Counted from the first letter of the whole stretch, positions 1 through 12,505 are shown. The stretch: DNA of 61,788 nt, filler included, from Dugesia japonica (GCA_001938525.1; 6 parts of 6 records of this genome joined end to end with filler, not necessarily neighbours in it), one strand, 5' to 3'. The notes: generated by a model not told the origin, from the sequence alone. Program-made: numbers and translations.

Positions 1-634
1 TTAATTTTAAAATTCATTCGTGCCGGTCCGATGATCATGGATTTCATCGGCACCGTTGCACGTTTGAGCAGATCGGTTTTAAACAATTTATGTATCGGGT
101 GAGCTCCGTGCATTCTTAAAATAATCAATGCGTCGGGTGAACACCGCACAGAATAAACAGCAATAAATAATCTATGATGCCGAGTGAGCACCGGTATTTA
201 TATGCAGCAATTAAAATTTATATTGAATTACTATGAAAAAATATACACGTTCAAATTTGGACATATTAGAAGAATCTGCGAGTAAGCACCGCACGATTAA
301 ATGATTTTTTCTAAAAATTTGAAGAGCTGCCTACTGCAACTATCAAAAATTGACATTACAGTGCAGTATAAAAGAAAATACATCATCAAGCAAATCAGCA
401 TATTTATCGAGATATTTTTCTTAAAAACTCATTTGTAGCTCTAGCGTTCTAATAGTTAAAAGAATCTAGTAGTAGTGTTAATTTTATTTTAAAGCTATCA
501 TCAACAGATAATGGAGTAATTTTACTTATATTTATTAGATATGATGGGAAGACTGGGATGGTGTTCATCGTTGACTTGCAATGATGGACATCAGTGCTCA
601 GAGATCCGTATTTAATTTCTATGCGAGATTATCT

Positions 635-710
635 ACCATTGAAAGATTATAATGCTATGACGATTGAAAGATTATAATGATATGACCATTGAAGAATATA
701 ATGTTTATGA
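635..710 (+). repeat. ~25-bp tandem repeat x3 (AC(C/G)ATTGAAAGATTATAATG(C/A)TATG)
   Basis: Three adjacent imperfect copies read directly. Confidence 0.75.
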
Positions 711-1503
711 AAGCAGTTGTTAGATTATAACGATTATGAAAAATTTTTATAATAAAAGATGTCGTGAGGTGTTAATGAAAGATGATATGTGAAGAACGAG
801 AGAGGTTATGATGTTTAGTAAGAATGAAAGATGTGATGAGATGCTACGGTATCTTTGAGATGATGATGTAAAGTAAAGTAAGAGATATTATTGAGCATCC
901 ATATGGTATGGGAGATGTTAATATGTGACGAGAGTTGTGGTTGATGAAGTGAGCGTGTTATTTGAGTAATAATAGAAAGCAAATTGTGAGTAGAAGTTGA
1001 AGATCTTCATTGAATAAATTATGTAAATTGAAATGAACAAATAAGTGTTGGTGTTGAATCTTAGCCTATTTGAATATTGATTTATTATATGTTGTGTTAT
1101 AATATGTTTGCACAATTTATATGAAAATATTATTTGATTGATATTGATTAGTTTTATTGCAGAAAATTGTTAATGGAATAACGTTTTGATATTTAATTGA
1201 GCTGGCCGATGGATCAATANTTATTCGGAGGAGGATGGATCTCTCAGTTAACATATGATTATGAACAGGTACATGAAGATGAATTAACGAAGATCTCTTG
1301 AAATAGAATGTGACTGGATGGTTAACATGAATATAGATAGAGAATCCAACCTCATCCGCAATGACTATTGATCGTAAATCGGTCCAGAATAAACTTATAT
1401 ATTAATATTATTAATATTCTATATTAATAACATTAAATTATAATAAGTTAATATTCTTAAAGATTATTAGTAATGATATGAATTGTTAAAATTTTAAGAG
1501 TTA

Positions 1504-2046
1504 ATGCTAATATCTAGAATGTTCAAATCGCTGACGACGACAGTAGCCAATGAATCGTTAAAGCCAGAAGGGTGTTCCTTCTGGTCAAATATCATGAACA
1601 ACATGCCGAATTTGTGGGACTCAATTGGCGAGTATGGAACAGACCGTGATCTATGGTGGATCACTCAGGATTGCCTCCGGAAGAAGGACCAGGAGCTGTT
1701 AACTCTGAGAGAGAAATTAAATCGGCAGGAGGAAACACTACGACAGAAGGCCGAAATGTTGGAGGAATTGGATAAAAGAGTGGAACAGCGGGAGCAGCAC
1801 TACAACGATCAGCTAGCGGAGATCAGGAATAAACGACGGGGAAAAGAACTGATATCTTTGCTGATACGATCTACAGAAATGCGTCAATATCAACAGCGAG
1901 TAATCCAAAGTTTGCGTACTACTCAGCTTAAAACGGAAGAATTCAACAAGATGTCAGATCGGTTAAACATAAAAGCCGAAGCTATGTTACGACAAATTTT
2001 AATACCGCTCGATGGAACTATTGAAAACCAGGAAACTTTAGTGTGA
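1504..2046 (+). CDS. Intact 180-aa coiled-coil protein or exon inside the family A LTR
   Basis: Stop-free ORF, GC-richer than its flanks, with a heptad-like E/K/Q/R/L-rich core. Possible AG acceptor at 1516-1517. Confidence 0.6.
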   Translation: MLISRMFKSLTTTVANESLKPEGCSFWSNIMNNMPNLWDSIGEYGTDRDLWWITQDCLRKKDQELLTLREKLNRQEETLRQKAEMLEELDKRVEQREQHYNDQLAEIRNKRRGKELISLLIRSTEMRQYQQRVIQSLRTTQLKTEEFNKMSDRLNIKAEAMLRQILIPLDGTIENQETLV

Positions 2047-2308
2047 TTAATGTATGATCATTGTGTTAATCAGTAATACTGTTTAAACTCTAGTATTTTC
2101 ATGTCTTGATTATATTCAATGATAATGTGTTAAAATGAATCAACGGATTAGGAGGAGTTAAAAGAGAAATTCGTTTTAAATTTTTGTGAATTCCGATTTT
2201 AAATATATTTTTTTAAATATATTTTTTATAATATGCTGAATGATTTTATATTTGATAAGATAATTGTATAATTAAAGTTATGAATATTACATGTCGAATT
2301 ATTTCCAG

Positions 2309-2625
2309 TGACAGATACAAAGAAATTGACGAACACTTCAATCGTGAATATTCGAAGAAAGTAGGCTTCGTCACAAAAGAAACTGCAGCAAGAAATCGTA
2401 GAACTTCACCGAAAGAATGCTACGTAACGTGAAAAGAACACCAGATTACAGGATCGAGATCTGGCATTAGCTCAATCATGTCGGGCAATGGCGGACATTA
2501 TTAAATCGTATGCGGATCGGGAGAGCGTACTGATCGGGAGAGTGCGTACGCTCACACAAGCATCAAAATTTACGTCTGAAGTGGAAAAAGTAAAACCAAT
2601 GGATATCATTGAACTGGACGAATAA
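2309..2625 (+). pseudogene. Second coiled-coil exon in LTR (two in-frame stops)
   Basis: TTTCCAG acceptor. Frame reads ...KKLQQEIVELHRKN...AMADIIKSYADRESVLIGRVRTL...DE*, followed by AATAAA. Similar to FADVIRSLHDRENKLV at 32395-32604(-). Confidence 0.55.
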
Positions 2626-3046
2626 TCTTGACTGAAATAAAAGTTTTGTACAGCATGAATTTTGAATTTTCTTTGTTAATGTCGAGTAATGAAGTCTAAT
2701 AAATCAAAACGAGAACCGGATAGAAATTGAAATCTAAGACGGGATATAGCATATTCCTGCTGAATCCGGGAAAAGGGGGATTGTGTTACTAGAGAGAGTA
2801 ACATAAATTTCTGTGGTTGCTAGGTATCATTCCCCAGACAGAAAGATATTTGGAAGAGAAAGTTAATGCAATGAAGCGATTAGAAATAAAGATCAAAAGA
2901 AACAAGATATTAAAAACAACATCAAAAAGCCTAGCAACCCAACAGAAGTATTAAACCAAAATTTAATTACTAAAGAAAAATATAAGGTTTATAAAAATAA
3001 ATATATTCTATAAAGAAAATNNNNNNNNNNNNNNNNNNNNNNNNNN

Positions 3047-3716
3047 AAGAGTCTGATTTAAAAGTTGATTTAAAATTTCCAATAGAATTAAATTCAGACT
3101 ATGAAATGGCTTTATTATCTTTTAGTTGTTATAATATAATTTTTAATGTTACAAATAAAAATAATACTTTTGAACTCCTAAAAGTTGTAAGTGGAAGAGA
3201 ACTAAGTAATGATAAATTAATAACAATAAAACCAGGTGCTTATGAAATTAAAGAAATCTCTACTAAATTAATAGAACATGGAATTTAAATTTTTCCGGAT
3301 CTTTCAACAAACAAAATGTACTTTAACAACAAAACATTCTTTCAAGTTTAATAAAAAATCTTTTTTTCATACTATTTTAGGTTTTCTACCTAAGGAATAT
3401 TCACCAGGAAAATATTATTCTGAAAATAAAGTTGATATTCTAAATATTAATATACGATAAATATAACTTGTAATTTAGTTAAGGTAATTATATCAATAAT
3501 TCTCCAATGAATTTATTATATTCTTTTCCAGTAAATACCGTTGGTTTTGGTTATAAAATTATAGAAAAACCTTCTACACTAATTTATTCAAGATTAAATT
3601 CCAAATGTATTGATTCTTTAAAATTTAAAATTATAGATGAAAATAATAATCCAATTGATTTTGATGGAGAAACTATTTCTTCATTAGTTTATATTAGAAT
3701 ATGTATACAATCTTAG
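3047..3716 (+). pseudogene. Polinton/adintovirus minor capsid (penton) protein, frameshifted
   Basis: PIELNSDYEMALLSF, IKPGAYEI, and C-terminal LLYSFPVNTVGFGYKIIEKP...IIDENNNPIDFDGE, typical of Polinton minor capsid; lies next to the protease. Confidence 0.75.
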
Positions 3717-4050
3717 ATTTTCTAAAAACATTTGGGATAAATACTAAAACTAATTTTGATTTGTATTCTATTGCTAATTTTTTAAATCTTGAAATTGAGG
3801 TTTTAATGAAAGATGAATTAATTACAAAAGATAATAAATCAGTTGCGCGTGGCCGAATGATTATTAATTATCAAATTTCAAATCAAAAAGGAAGTCATTG
3901 GGTTGGTTTTCATAACGGTTATTATTTTGATTTTTATGGTTTAAAACCTTTTAAAGAAATTGAAAAACATGTAAAACAAAATTTGAGTTCAATCTTCTGA
4001 AACTAGTATTTGTGGAGTATTATGCTTATATTTCTTATATTCACTTTAAT
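3701..4050 (+). pseudogene. Polinton adenain-like cysteine protease
   Basis: IINYQ...GSHWV...YYFDFYG, then ETSICGVLCLYFL after a break. Confidence 0.8.
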
Positions 4051-4099
4051 TGAAGAGTTTTGATGACATTATTAATTAATTGTATATTACTTTAAATAA

Positions 4100-5350
4100 A
4101 TGAATAAATTGGGAGCTACTTTAAATAGTCAAAATAATACATAAAACATGTTTCTGCTAAAATAAAATTAGAATCTGTAAACAACGATAAAAGGTTGGTT
4201 AATGAAAGAGGAGATTCAATTACTTTTTTGAAAATTATTAATGATCCAGAAAATGAATTAGATGATATTAATTTAAAATATTTTAGTAAATTAGAAAAAC
4301 AAGTAAATGCACTGACACTAACAACGAGAAATCGAAATATTTATATTCACCAACTTTTGGAAAATAATAATCAATGGATTAAAACCAACAGTGATTTGAT
4401 ATATTAAAATAAATAAATTAATTGAGCTAACGCAAACGATAGGTGAATCTTTAATTTCTTTTAAAACTGATTTTAAAAATACACAAGTTAAAAATGAAAT
4501 CGAAAAGCTAATGGAAAAAATTGAAAAACTAACAAAAGAAATTAATAATTTATCTAGTAATTGTTTTCCTTAAAAATTTAAAAAAATTAATTTAGAATTG
4601 GAAAAGCTAAATTACAAAATAAATTTTAATAAACAAATGATTAACAATCATTTAATTCCTTTAGAACAAGAATATAATAAAATAAAAAATGATCTTCATG
4701 TTGATTGTGTTAAAGAAATTAATGATTGTATTGATAAGTTAAACAAACAAGCCTCATCTGACAAATTTAATGAACAAGATTTATTAAACAGGATTAAAGA
4801 AATAATTATCAATTATTTTCCATGTCTTGTTTCAAAAAATTATGAAAAGTATAATAATGTAATAATATTTTTATTAACTACTTTAATTACAAAGAATGAC
4901 ACCAGCGGGTTCCCACTACCAAGTTATTATGGTTTATTATCGCCATTTAAAATAAAAAGAAAATGAATTTTAAGTAGTCCACTCCCAAACACAAACAAAT
5001 ATTATTACCTTGAAAAACCATTTGAACTTTATTTTGGTTTAAATAGAGAAAAAGATAAGTCTTATTTTATAATTCAAGGTTATTGTGATATTTCATTTTT
5101 TGAAATTTATGTAATGATTGATAACATTCCAAAAATATTTAAATACAATTTTATTAAAAAACAAGAATTTACTTTTTTATAGAATACAAAGAAATTCTAT
5201 TAACCGATAAATATAACTTTTAAAGAAATTGAAACTTAATTTTTTAATAGAGTTACTTTAACTTTACCTAAAAATATTTATATTTATAAAATTATCATTT
5301 TAAAATCATATTCTGAATTATCCCAAAGGGTTTCATCCCAACGGGGCTCC
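4100..5350 (+). pseudogene. Degraded Polinton accessory ORFs (unknown, partly coiled-coil)
   Basis: Collinear broken ORFs (4195-4407, 4598-4966) between the protease and the next ORF; no motif recognised. Confidence 0.4.
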
Positions 5351-5379
5351 CTTTAAACCCAAATTATTACTAAAATAAA

Positions 5380-5966
5380 ATGTCTGAGCAAATATTGGGA
5401 GAATAGTTAAATGAAAATGAAGGCGAAGGTAAAAATCTATATCCAGATATAAATAAATATATTTACAAAGATCAAAAATACACTATTCAAGATCTAAAGA
5501 CTAAATTATCAAATTTAAGAATAGTAGATTTCGAATCTGATTAGTTACTTCGATTAGATTTAAAGAAATATTTATAGGAACAATTGTTGGAATAACTGAA
5601 ACAGTTTTAATTTCTTAAGGAACTTTTAGAATTGGTGGAGTTGTCAGTGGATTAGTTTCCATAATTTTAACTACATCAGTTTCCTGTATTCCAGTAATTT
5701 GAATTTTAAATACATCATTAATAAAGTCTAAAATGAAGAAGTATAAACATTTAATTCATGAATTGGAAACTATTAAAAATAAATTATTTTTATTTCACCA
5801 GAAAGGCTTATCAGATGACATTTTAACTGATGAAGAAATTTCAATAAGCAAGAATATGGTTAAACAAGTTAAAGATTTAATTTCACATGAAAATAAAAAA
5901 GAAGTTAAATATAATAATGATATTGTAAAAAACTTGAAAATCAAATTGAAAATCAACAAAAAGTAA
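5380..5966 (+). pseudogene. Polinton/adintovirus-type transmembrane + coiled-coil ORF
   Basis: NLYPDI start, a hydrophobic G/S/V/I stretch (IGGVVSGLVSIILTTSVSC), then KKYKHLIHEL...KGLSDDILTDEE; layout recalled from other Polintons. Confidence 0.5.
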
Positions 5967-6092
5967 TTAATAAATTAAAAAAATAGTCTTACGCGTAAGT
6001 TGCTTTTGTTTTTTGAAATCTTATATATTTACATTTTAACAAAAGCGAATTGCAGTTCGCTATTTTTATATTAAAATACAATTTAATTTTTG

Positions 6093-9000
6093 TTATAATT
6101 TATCTAGTTTTAAATGCCACTGATTACAAATTTCACATTTAAACTTATTTACATGGGACCAAGTTCTTACACCATTATCTTCTATTAATCTTTTATCATC
6201 ATAACCTGTTAATGCAATTTTCTTTTGCTAACCAACACAATTTCATGTTTATTCGATTTTAAACTATAGTTGGTTCCATATACTTTTTCTTTTGTATTTA
6301 AAGCTTTATCAAATTCTTTCATCCCTATCTCATTAAATTTAGAAACACCTTTATGTCTTTTGTCTATTTTTATATTATGGGGCCCTCTGGGATCTCGATC
6401 AGTAAACTCATAATCATAACTTTTTTCTTTTATGAAATTACATTTAGTTATTTCATTATTTAGTTTTTCATCTTTCATTTGAAATAAATTATTACCTAAT
6501 AAACTTTCTACTTGTGTTAAATTATTTCTACTATAATGAATTTTGTATTTATTTGGAATGTTTACATCTAATTGATTATAAATAAAATCATAAATTACTT
6601 CTTTGACATATTCTAAAATAGTAAAACCTATGTACGGGAATTTATTATATTTTAATTTTGATTGTCTCAAATGTATTGCTGCTATTTCTGCTCACATGAG
6701 ACCCTCGGGGATTCGCTCGCGACTGGAAGGAGCTTCTCCTGTTTTTGTACATGTAAATATTTTACTATATTTGAAATTAATTTTTGATGCAAACCTTTGA
6801 TAGTCTTTATCTGTGCCAACTATTTTTACATTACATCTTTTTCTTATGTCTTCTAATGTTTTTCCATAAAATGCATTTTTTAATAATTTAAAGAAATAAT
6901 TTCCAAATACATCGTTTGTTTTTTAGATGTGTTTCTTTGATCAATATTAAATTGTATATAATCTTTTAACCAAGATTTTGTTAGAAGGATATATTTAGAA
7001 TGTATTTTTTTAATTTTCATTCCTAAAAAATGTAAAAATCTAATGTACTTCCTAAAACAATATAATTTTGTTTATCAAATTTATTTAATGGTTATTTAAT
7101 ATTTTTCTTAGATAAACTTTTTTGAAAGCTTAATTGATATGGTCCTAACATTTCTTCAGTTATATTTATTCTATATGAAGCTAATGGAAAGTATTTTGTC
7201 TTTTCGTGTATTTCTTGTGGATATTCTAAATCAACTTCATAAATATAATTAATTTCAGGAGTTGATTTTCTATATAATAAATTATTTGCTTCAACTATTT
7301 CTCCTGTAGGTAAAGGTTTTGTCATACAGGATGCATATAGACTGTTTTCATCTAAATATTTTATAAACATATCTTCAAAGTATTCATCTGGAATTGTTTT
7401 TCCTTCTTTCTTCTTTCCTTAAATATTCTTTTTCTGCTTGATTTATTTTTTAATCACTATTTTTATTATTGTTATGATTAAAAACTTGTCTTTCACCACA
7501 AACACCTGAATATCCTCCTCTAACTTCTCTTTCTATTTTTAGGAATATGTTGTAAGTATCTTCTGGTGAATATTTTAATTTTTGTTTTGTGAATTTCATA
7601 CTTGCATTCCAAGTTACACCTGGAGCTGAATAACAATAGCTTGGATCTATTTGATAATTATTTAAACAAATCTCTCTGAAATTTTTGAAGAAATCAGCTA
7701 AAATAATTACATCTAATTTCATGTAATACATCTTGTAATCAAATAAATTTCCAAATTGATTAAAGTCTTGTAAAAATTTATTGTAATCATTTTCTGTTAT
7801 TTTTTGTGGTTTTAGTTTATTATTAAAATCTTCTTTTGTAGGGTATATTTTCTGATTTTAATAAATTATTACTTGATTAATATTTTCTCCTGTAACATAT
7901 TCATATGGAAATGAAATTTTCTTTGGCGCAAGATTAAATTATCTTAAATGATTATATTTTCTTGATTGATTCAATAATTTACCAATAGTATCAATCGATG
8001 TAAATGGACACATTCTTGAAGAATCTAAAAATCTAATTTTTCTAAATTCAAAGGAAATGTACACTTCATCAGTATGAAGAATTATTCTTTTTACTTCTGT
8101 TGGACATTTTGTTAATAATTCTTTGAAAAATAAATGATTTTCATAACCTGGAGCATTGTGAAAATAATTCTTTTATTGATTTATGTTGTAAATTACGATT
8201 TGAATGAGCATAACCTCTGAATTCCCCATTAAAGTGATCATGATCAATAACTAGATTTGCAGTTATTAATTTATTACAATACCTACATTTTAGGTGAGCT
8301 TGCTCACATTCATTGTTAGGAATAATTTGAGGGTGAGTAAACTCTCCCTTATAATATTCAATTAATTTATTTTCTTTTATATCAATTAATTTATTATTAA
8401 TTTCTTCTAAAAATTTAAAGAATTGTTGATGAATGTTATCTCCATAAAATTCTTTATATTCATTTTGAATTAAATGTTGATATTTACTTTTGATGTAAAT
8501 TCCTAGAGAAAATGATTTTTGTTTTTTGGTTTTAATATCTGTCCAACTTTCAAAATCACCATAAATTACAAATGGTAATTCATTTAAGAAATAATTATTT
8601 TTAAATGAATAATATTTATCATTTTCAAAATTTACTTTAGATGAATCATGGTTAATACATTCTTTTTGATGATTAATTAATATAGTTTTACTTCTATATG
8701 AATTCATACAACATAAACATAGATGATTTTTATGTTTATTAGTATTTACAAAAACACCAACATTTCTACATAAAATATAATGAGCTTTGTAAAATAATAA
8801 ATTACATTTATTTATTTCTGGTTTAGGATTACTATCATAATGAAAAATATATACAAGATAGATTTTAGCAGAGTTTGTTACTTGAAAAACATTTACTTTA
8901 AAATCATTTAATTTTTCAAATATTTTTACATCATCAATACTTGCAGGAAAATTCATTTGGTTTATTTTTAATTCATTTAAATAAGGAATATATTTTGAAA

Positions 9001-9600
9001 CTCTAGTTGGTTGATCTTCAAATAAATGTTTATAAGTTAAAATTGAATAAAGAAAACAAAAATCATCTTTATTTTTAATATTAATTACACCTGGTTTAAT
9101 AAAAGGTAATTTTTTATATGATGACTCAACTAATTATTGCTATTTTGAAAGTTCAATTTTATAATCAACAATAAAATCTAAATTCCATCCACTTTCATAT
9201 TTTTGTCTTCATCTTCCATGTATCTTTGAAGTTGATTTAATAACTCTTCGACAATAATTTTTACATAACTTTTGATAGTAATTCTGTCATTATTTGAATA
9301 TGAATGAAATATTCTTTCTTCATCTTCTTTAAAGTAATTACAATTTACACTCAAACGTAATATCAAATTTTTTGAATAATCAAAATAAATATCAACAATT
9401 TTAGTAATTTCTTTTTTAAACCAGGTTATTAATTTAAAATTNNNNNNNNNNNNNNNNNNNNNNNNNNNNNNNNNNNNNNNNNNNNNNNNNNNNATTTTAT
9501 AATACTTTATATTTTTTAAATGTTTAAATAATTTTCGAGTTTCATTCTTTTCAAAATCAATTGCTTCATCTCCAGGTAATTCATCAAATAATATTTTAGT
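6093..9600 (-). pseudogene. polB: Protein-primed family B DNA polymerase (Polinton pPolB), many frameshifts
   Basis: Motifs IYGDFES, DHDHFNGEFRGYAH (EndoVII-like), KLDVIILADFF, YLDENSLYASCM, KNAFYGKT, YIGFTILE, YDDKR. The YxDTDS region appears deleted. Confidence 0.92.
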
Positions 9601-9650
9601 TTCTTCTTCTTACAATTTTAAAACGCTCTTGGTGTACTCCACTATTAAAA

Positions 9651-9860
9651 TGTGATTATGAGGAAATAATTATTATTTAATATTTTTGAGCCAATAGAAT
9701 TTGAGTTAATTCTGAATAAAGAGGTTTAAAATATTATTCAATAATCATTTCTCTCATTAAGGATAGTTTGTAGTAGTAAAATAAAAAATTTCTAACAATA
9801 TGAATTCTGTTTTGCAAAATGAATTAACAATTAAAGATTTACCTTACATGATAGCAGCGG
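9651..9860 (+). mobile_element. Probable short Gypsy 5' LTR (TG...TTACA, ending 9848) plus degenerate tRNA-iMet primer-binding site
   Basis: TTACA followed directly by TGATAGCAGCG (cf. TGGTAGCAGAG) just upstream of gag. The LTR start is uncertain. Confidence 0.45.
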
Positions 9861-11182
9861 TAAATACCGATTCTATTACTGAGAGGTTATCACCAAAGAT
9901 ATTCTGCAGAGGAGATGATATTGAAAAATTTAGTAAAAGGTGTGAATTGTATTGTGAAGCTAAAAACATCACTCATGTGAAACAACAAGAGAGATTAGTC
10001 TCTTATTTGTTAGATGACGATTTGTTAAAAGAATATACAGACGTTGAAAAACGTTGAAGGTTTTCAGGATCGTTTACGTATAGCATTTGAGAAAAAGAAA
10101 GATGCTATCAAAGATTTTCAAAATTTGATAAACTTCAGGCGTGGAAATGAAGAGATTCAAGTTTATTTTAGAAATGTAAAAGATTTAGTAAAAAGATTAT
10201 TTACAAATAAAGATTTTACTGAAGAAAATATGGTTGCAAAGATAAAAGAAAAGTTGAAGAAAAAGTGACTTTGTGGAAACGAGAGAATATAGAAAAAATT
10301 GAAGAAACAATGGCTTTAGTAGATCGAGTAGAGAAAAACATATATCGAGTTGATGTGGTTAGAAGTTACGCGAGAGTCGCAAATCGAAATTTATCAGAAA
10401 CCTGTAAATCATACAATGAATATACATGTGGATCAAAGAAAGGAAAAACAAAAGTAAAAAAATATCGAATGTTGGTTATTTCATAAGATCGGTCATACTA
10501 AAGCTAATTGTTCGACAAAAAAGTGGTAGAGTGCTGGAGTTGTCATAAAACAGGACACATAAGTCGAGATTGTCCAAATAAAAAACCAACTAAATGTTTT
10601 GGTTGTGGAAAGATTGGCCATATTAGAAAGTTATGTCAAGAAGTGAGGTGTAAACTATATGGTAATGGTGGATATAGAGCAGAAGAGTGCTGCACAAATT
10701 TGAAAATGAAAAAAGAAGAAAAATTTATGACTACAAAAAGATCAAGAAACCGATATAATCGAATAAATGTGATTGAAGATGCAGATGTCAATACAAAAGA
10801 TAGATATGAGGAAGTATATGAAAGTGATTTCGAATAGCAATTTCCAAAAGGCAGAGCTCTACCAGTAGAGGAATTGGTTGGAGCCATCCATTGTTAAATG
10901 AAGTTAGTAATTATCCTAAAAGAGTCGAAAAGTAGGATGATATCAGAAAAGTTACAGAAAAAGTATACAGATTCTTAAAGAGAGAAAAGTTTGCAGATGA
11001 TAGAAAAGTAGAATGGGTTAGAACAGTTGAAGCAGAAAAGAAAAAAAATATTTCATACCATAAATTGCAAGGCAGACCACGTGTTACAGTCTCAATTCAA
11101 GGGAAAATAGTAGAATGTCTATTAGATACAGGGGCTCGAATTAACGTGATCAGTTTGAGTTGTTTTAATAAACTACGAGAAG
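9861..11182 (+). pseudogene. gag: Gypsy gag (up to four CCHC knuckles) and aspartic protease, truncated by contig end
   Basis: CWSCHKTGHISRDC and CFGCGKIGHIRKLC plus two degenerate knuckles; protease VECLLDTGARINVIS at about 11110-11160. Confidence 0.88.
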
Positions 11183-11282
11183 NNNNNNNNNNNNNNNNNN
11201 NNNNNNNNNNNNNNNNNNNNNNNNNNTTAATTAATTAANNNNNNNNNNNNNNNNNNNNNNNNNNNNNNNNNNNNNNNNNNNN
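11183..11282. other. Artificial contig spacer (44N-TTAATTAATTAA-44N)
   Basis: An identical 100-nt construct occurs five times; the 12-mer has stops in all six frames. Confidence 0.95.

Positions 11283-11341
<59 letters not shown>
11283..11341 (+). repeat. (TTA)n microsatellite
   Basis: Perfect triplet run. Confidence 0.95.
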
Positions 11342-11472
11342 GTGAGGAAAAGTTAAAATAGTTACTAAAAATTAAGATTCTCAACGATTGTTTAAATAAC
11401 TGAAATTAGGATAAGTGGTTAGTAATATATATTTTGAAAGTTGTAATTTGATAAATAACCTTAAATAAAACT

Positions 11473-11519
11473 TTTTTGTTATATATTTCGAAGGATTAAC
11501 CACCATCATCAGACAAAAA
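11473..11519 (-). ncRNA. Minimal type I hammerhead ribozyme (Penelope pseudo-LTR type)
   Basis: Minus strand: UUUUUGU-CUGAUGA-UGGUGGUUAAUCCUUC-GAAA-UAUA-UA-ACAAAAA. 7-bp stem I, intact core, palindromic stem III (AUAUAU), weak stem II. Confidence 0.7.
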
Positions 11520-11889
11520 TGAAATAAATGAGTTTATTCAGTCTGTATTATTCAAAAAAAGTTGTTTCCATTTTTGTTTCAAGATTTTACTGGTCATTTC
11601 CTATCTTTTAATCTCCTAATCTTGGTTTTCTTTAATTGCTTTTTTCATTAACTTATTTTTGACCTCGAACGTTATTCTTCTGGATTCTTCTGGATTCAAC
11701 AAAAATTAATGCGATTATACTAAATATATGACGCTATAATTCTTAATTTTTAAATAAAATTCTTAATTTTTATATTGTTTAAAAACTTTTCAATAAAAAA
11801 TTAATTTAAATAATATTTATTACTGTTACCTATAAAATCGAAGATGTTTTGTCAAAATATTTAAATTTTTTTTAATTTTAGATATATTA

Positions 11890-12505
11890 AAATTTTTTAA
11901 AACCTATGAAAATTTAAATTTATTTCAAAAAATAAAATAGAAAACCTATGAAAGTTTAAGAATTCGATTCTGAAAGCTGCTAAGAATCTTACTTTATTGA
12001 AAATTATCTCTACTCCACATAAGATTGTTAATAGCTTTGTTAATAAATTCCATACACCAATTGGATTGTGTTCTAAAATTGGAGAGACTGTCCGTCATCT
12101 CTGTACAAGGGTTCAAGAGCATAATCGTTTTGGTGGTGGTAGTAATATTGCTGAGCATAAANNNNNNNNNNNNNNNNNNNNNNATGCGAATGTTGAAATT
12201 TCAAATTTTAAAATTTTTTCTAAGCAATTTAAGAATTACTGGGAGAGAGTGTTGTATGATAAAATTTTTAATGATTAGATTTCATAATCCAAGCATTAAT
12301 GTACAATCAGCTCATTCGACTAAATTAATTAAAAAATTTTAAAAATTTTTTGGATATAAAATAATGTTTCAATGTTTATTGAAATCTTAATTTATTTTCA
12401 AAATTTTTTATAGGTTTTGCATTTTATTTTTTTAAGTGAATTTTAAAAAATTTTATTACTTCATAGGTTTTCTATTTTTTTTTTGAAATAAATTTCAATT
12501 TTTCA
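11890..12505 (+). mobile_element. Penelope-like element fragment: GIY-YIG endonuclease flanked by an inverted repeat
   Basis: KIGETVRHLCTRVQEH...SNIAEH...IRFHNPSINVQ; about 11910-11951 is the reverse complement of about 12460-12502. Confidence 0.8.

Larger units (their letters stand above)
1..2944 (+). mobile_element. Long LTR-like element, family A (3' part; 5' end not seen), inserted into a Polinton remnant
   Basis: Ends in CCTAGCAACCCAACA (2930-2944). 2736-2944 aligns by eye with the 3' ends of solo LTRs 37250-38894 and 59794-61652. AATAAA near 2636 precedes this tail. No TGG primer-binding site follows, so it is a solo or 3' LTR. Confidence 0.65.

Noticed and set aside
9800-9860. ATG at 9800 as the gag start
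   Set aside because: It falls within the probable LTR/PBS.
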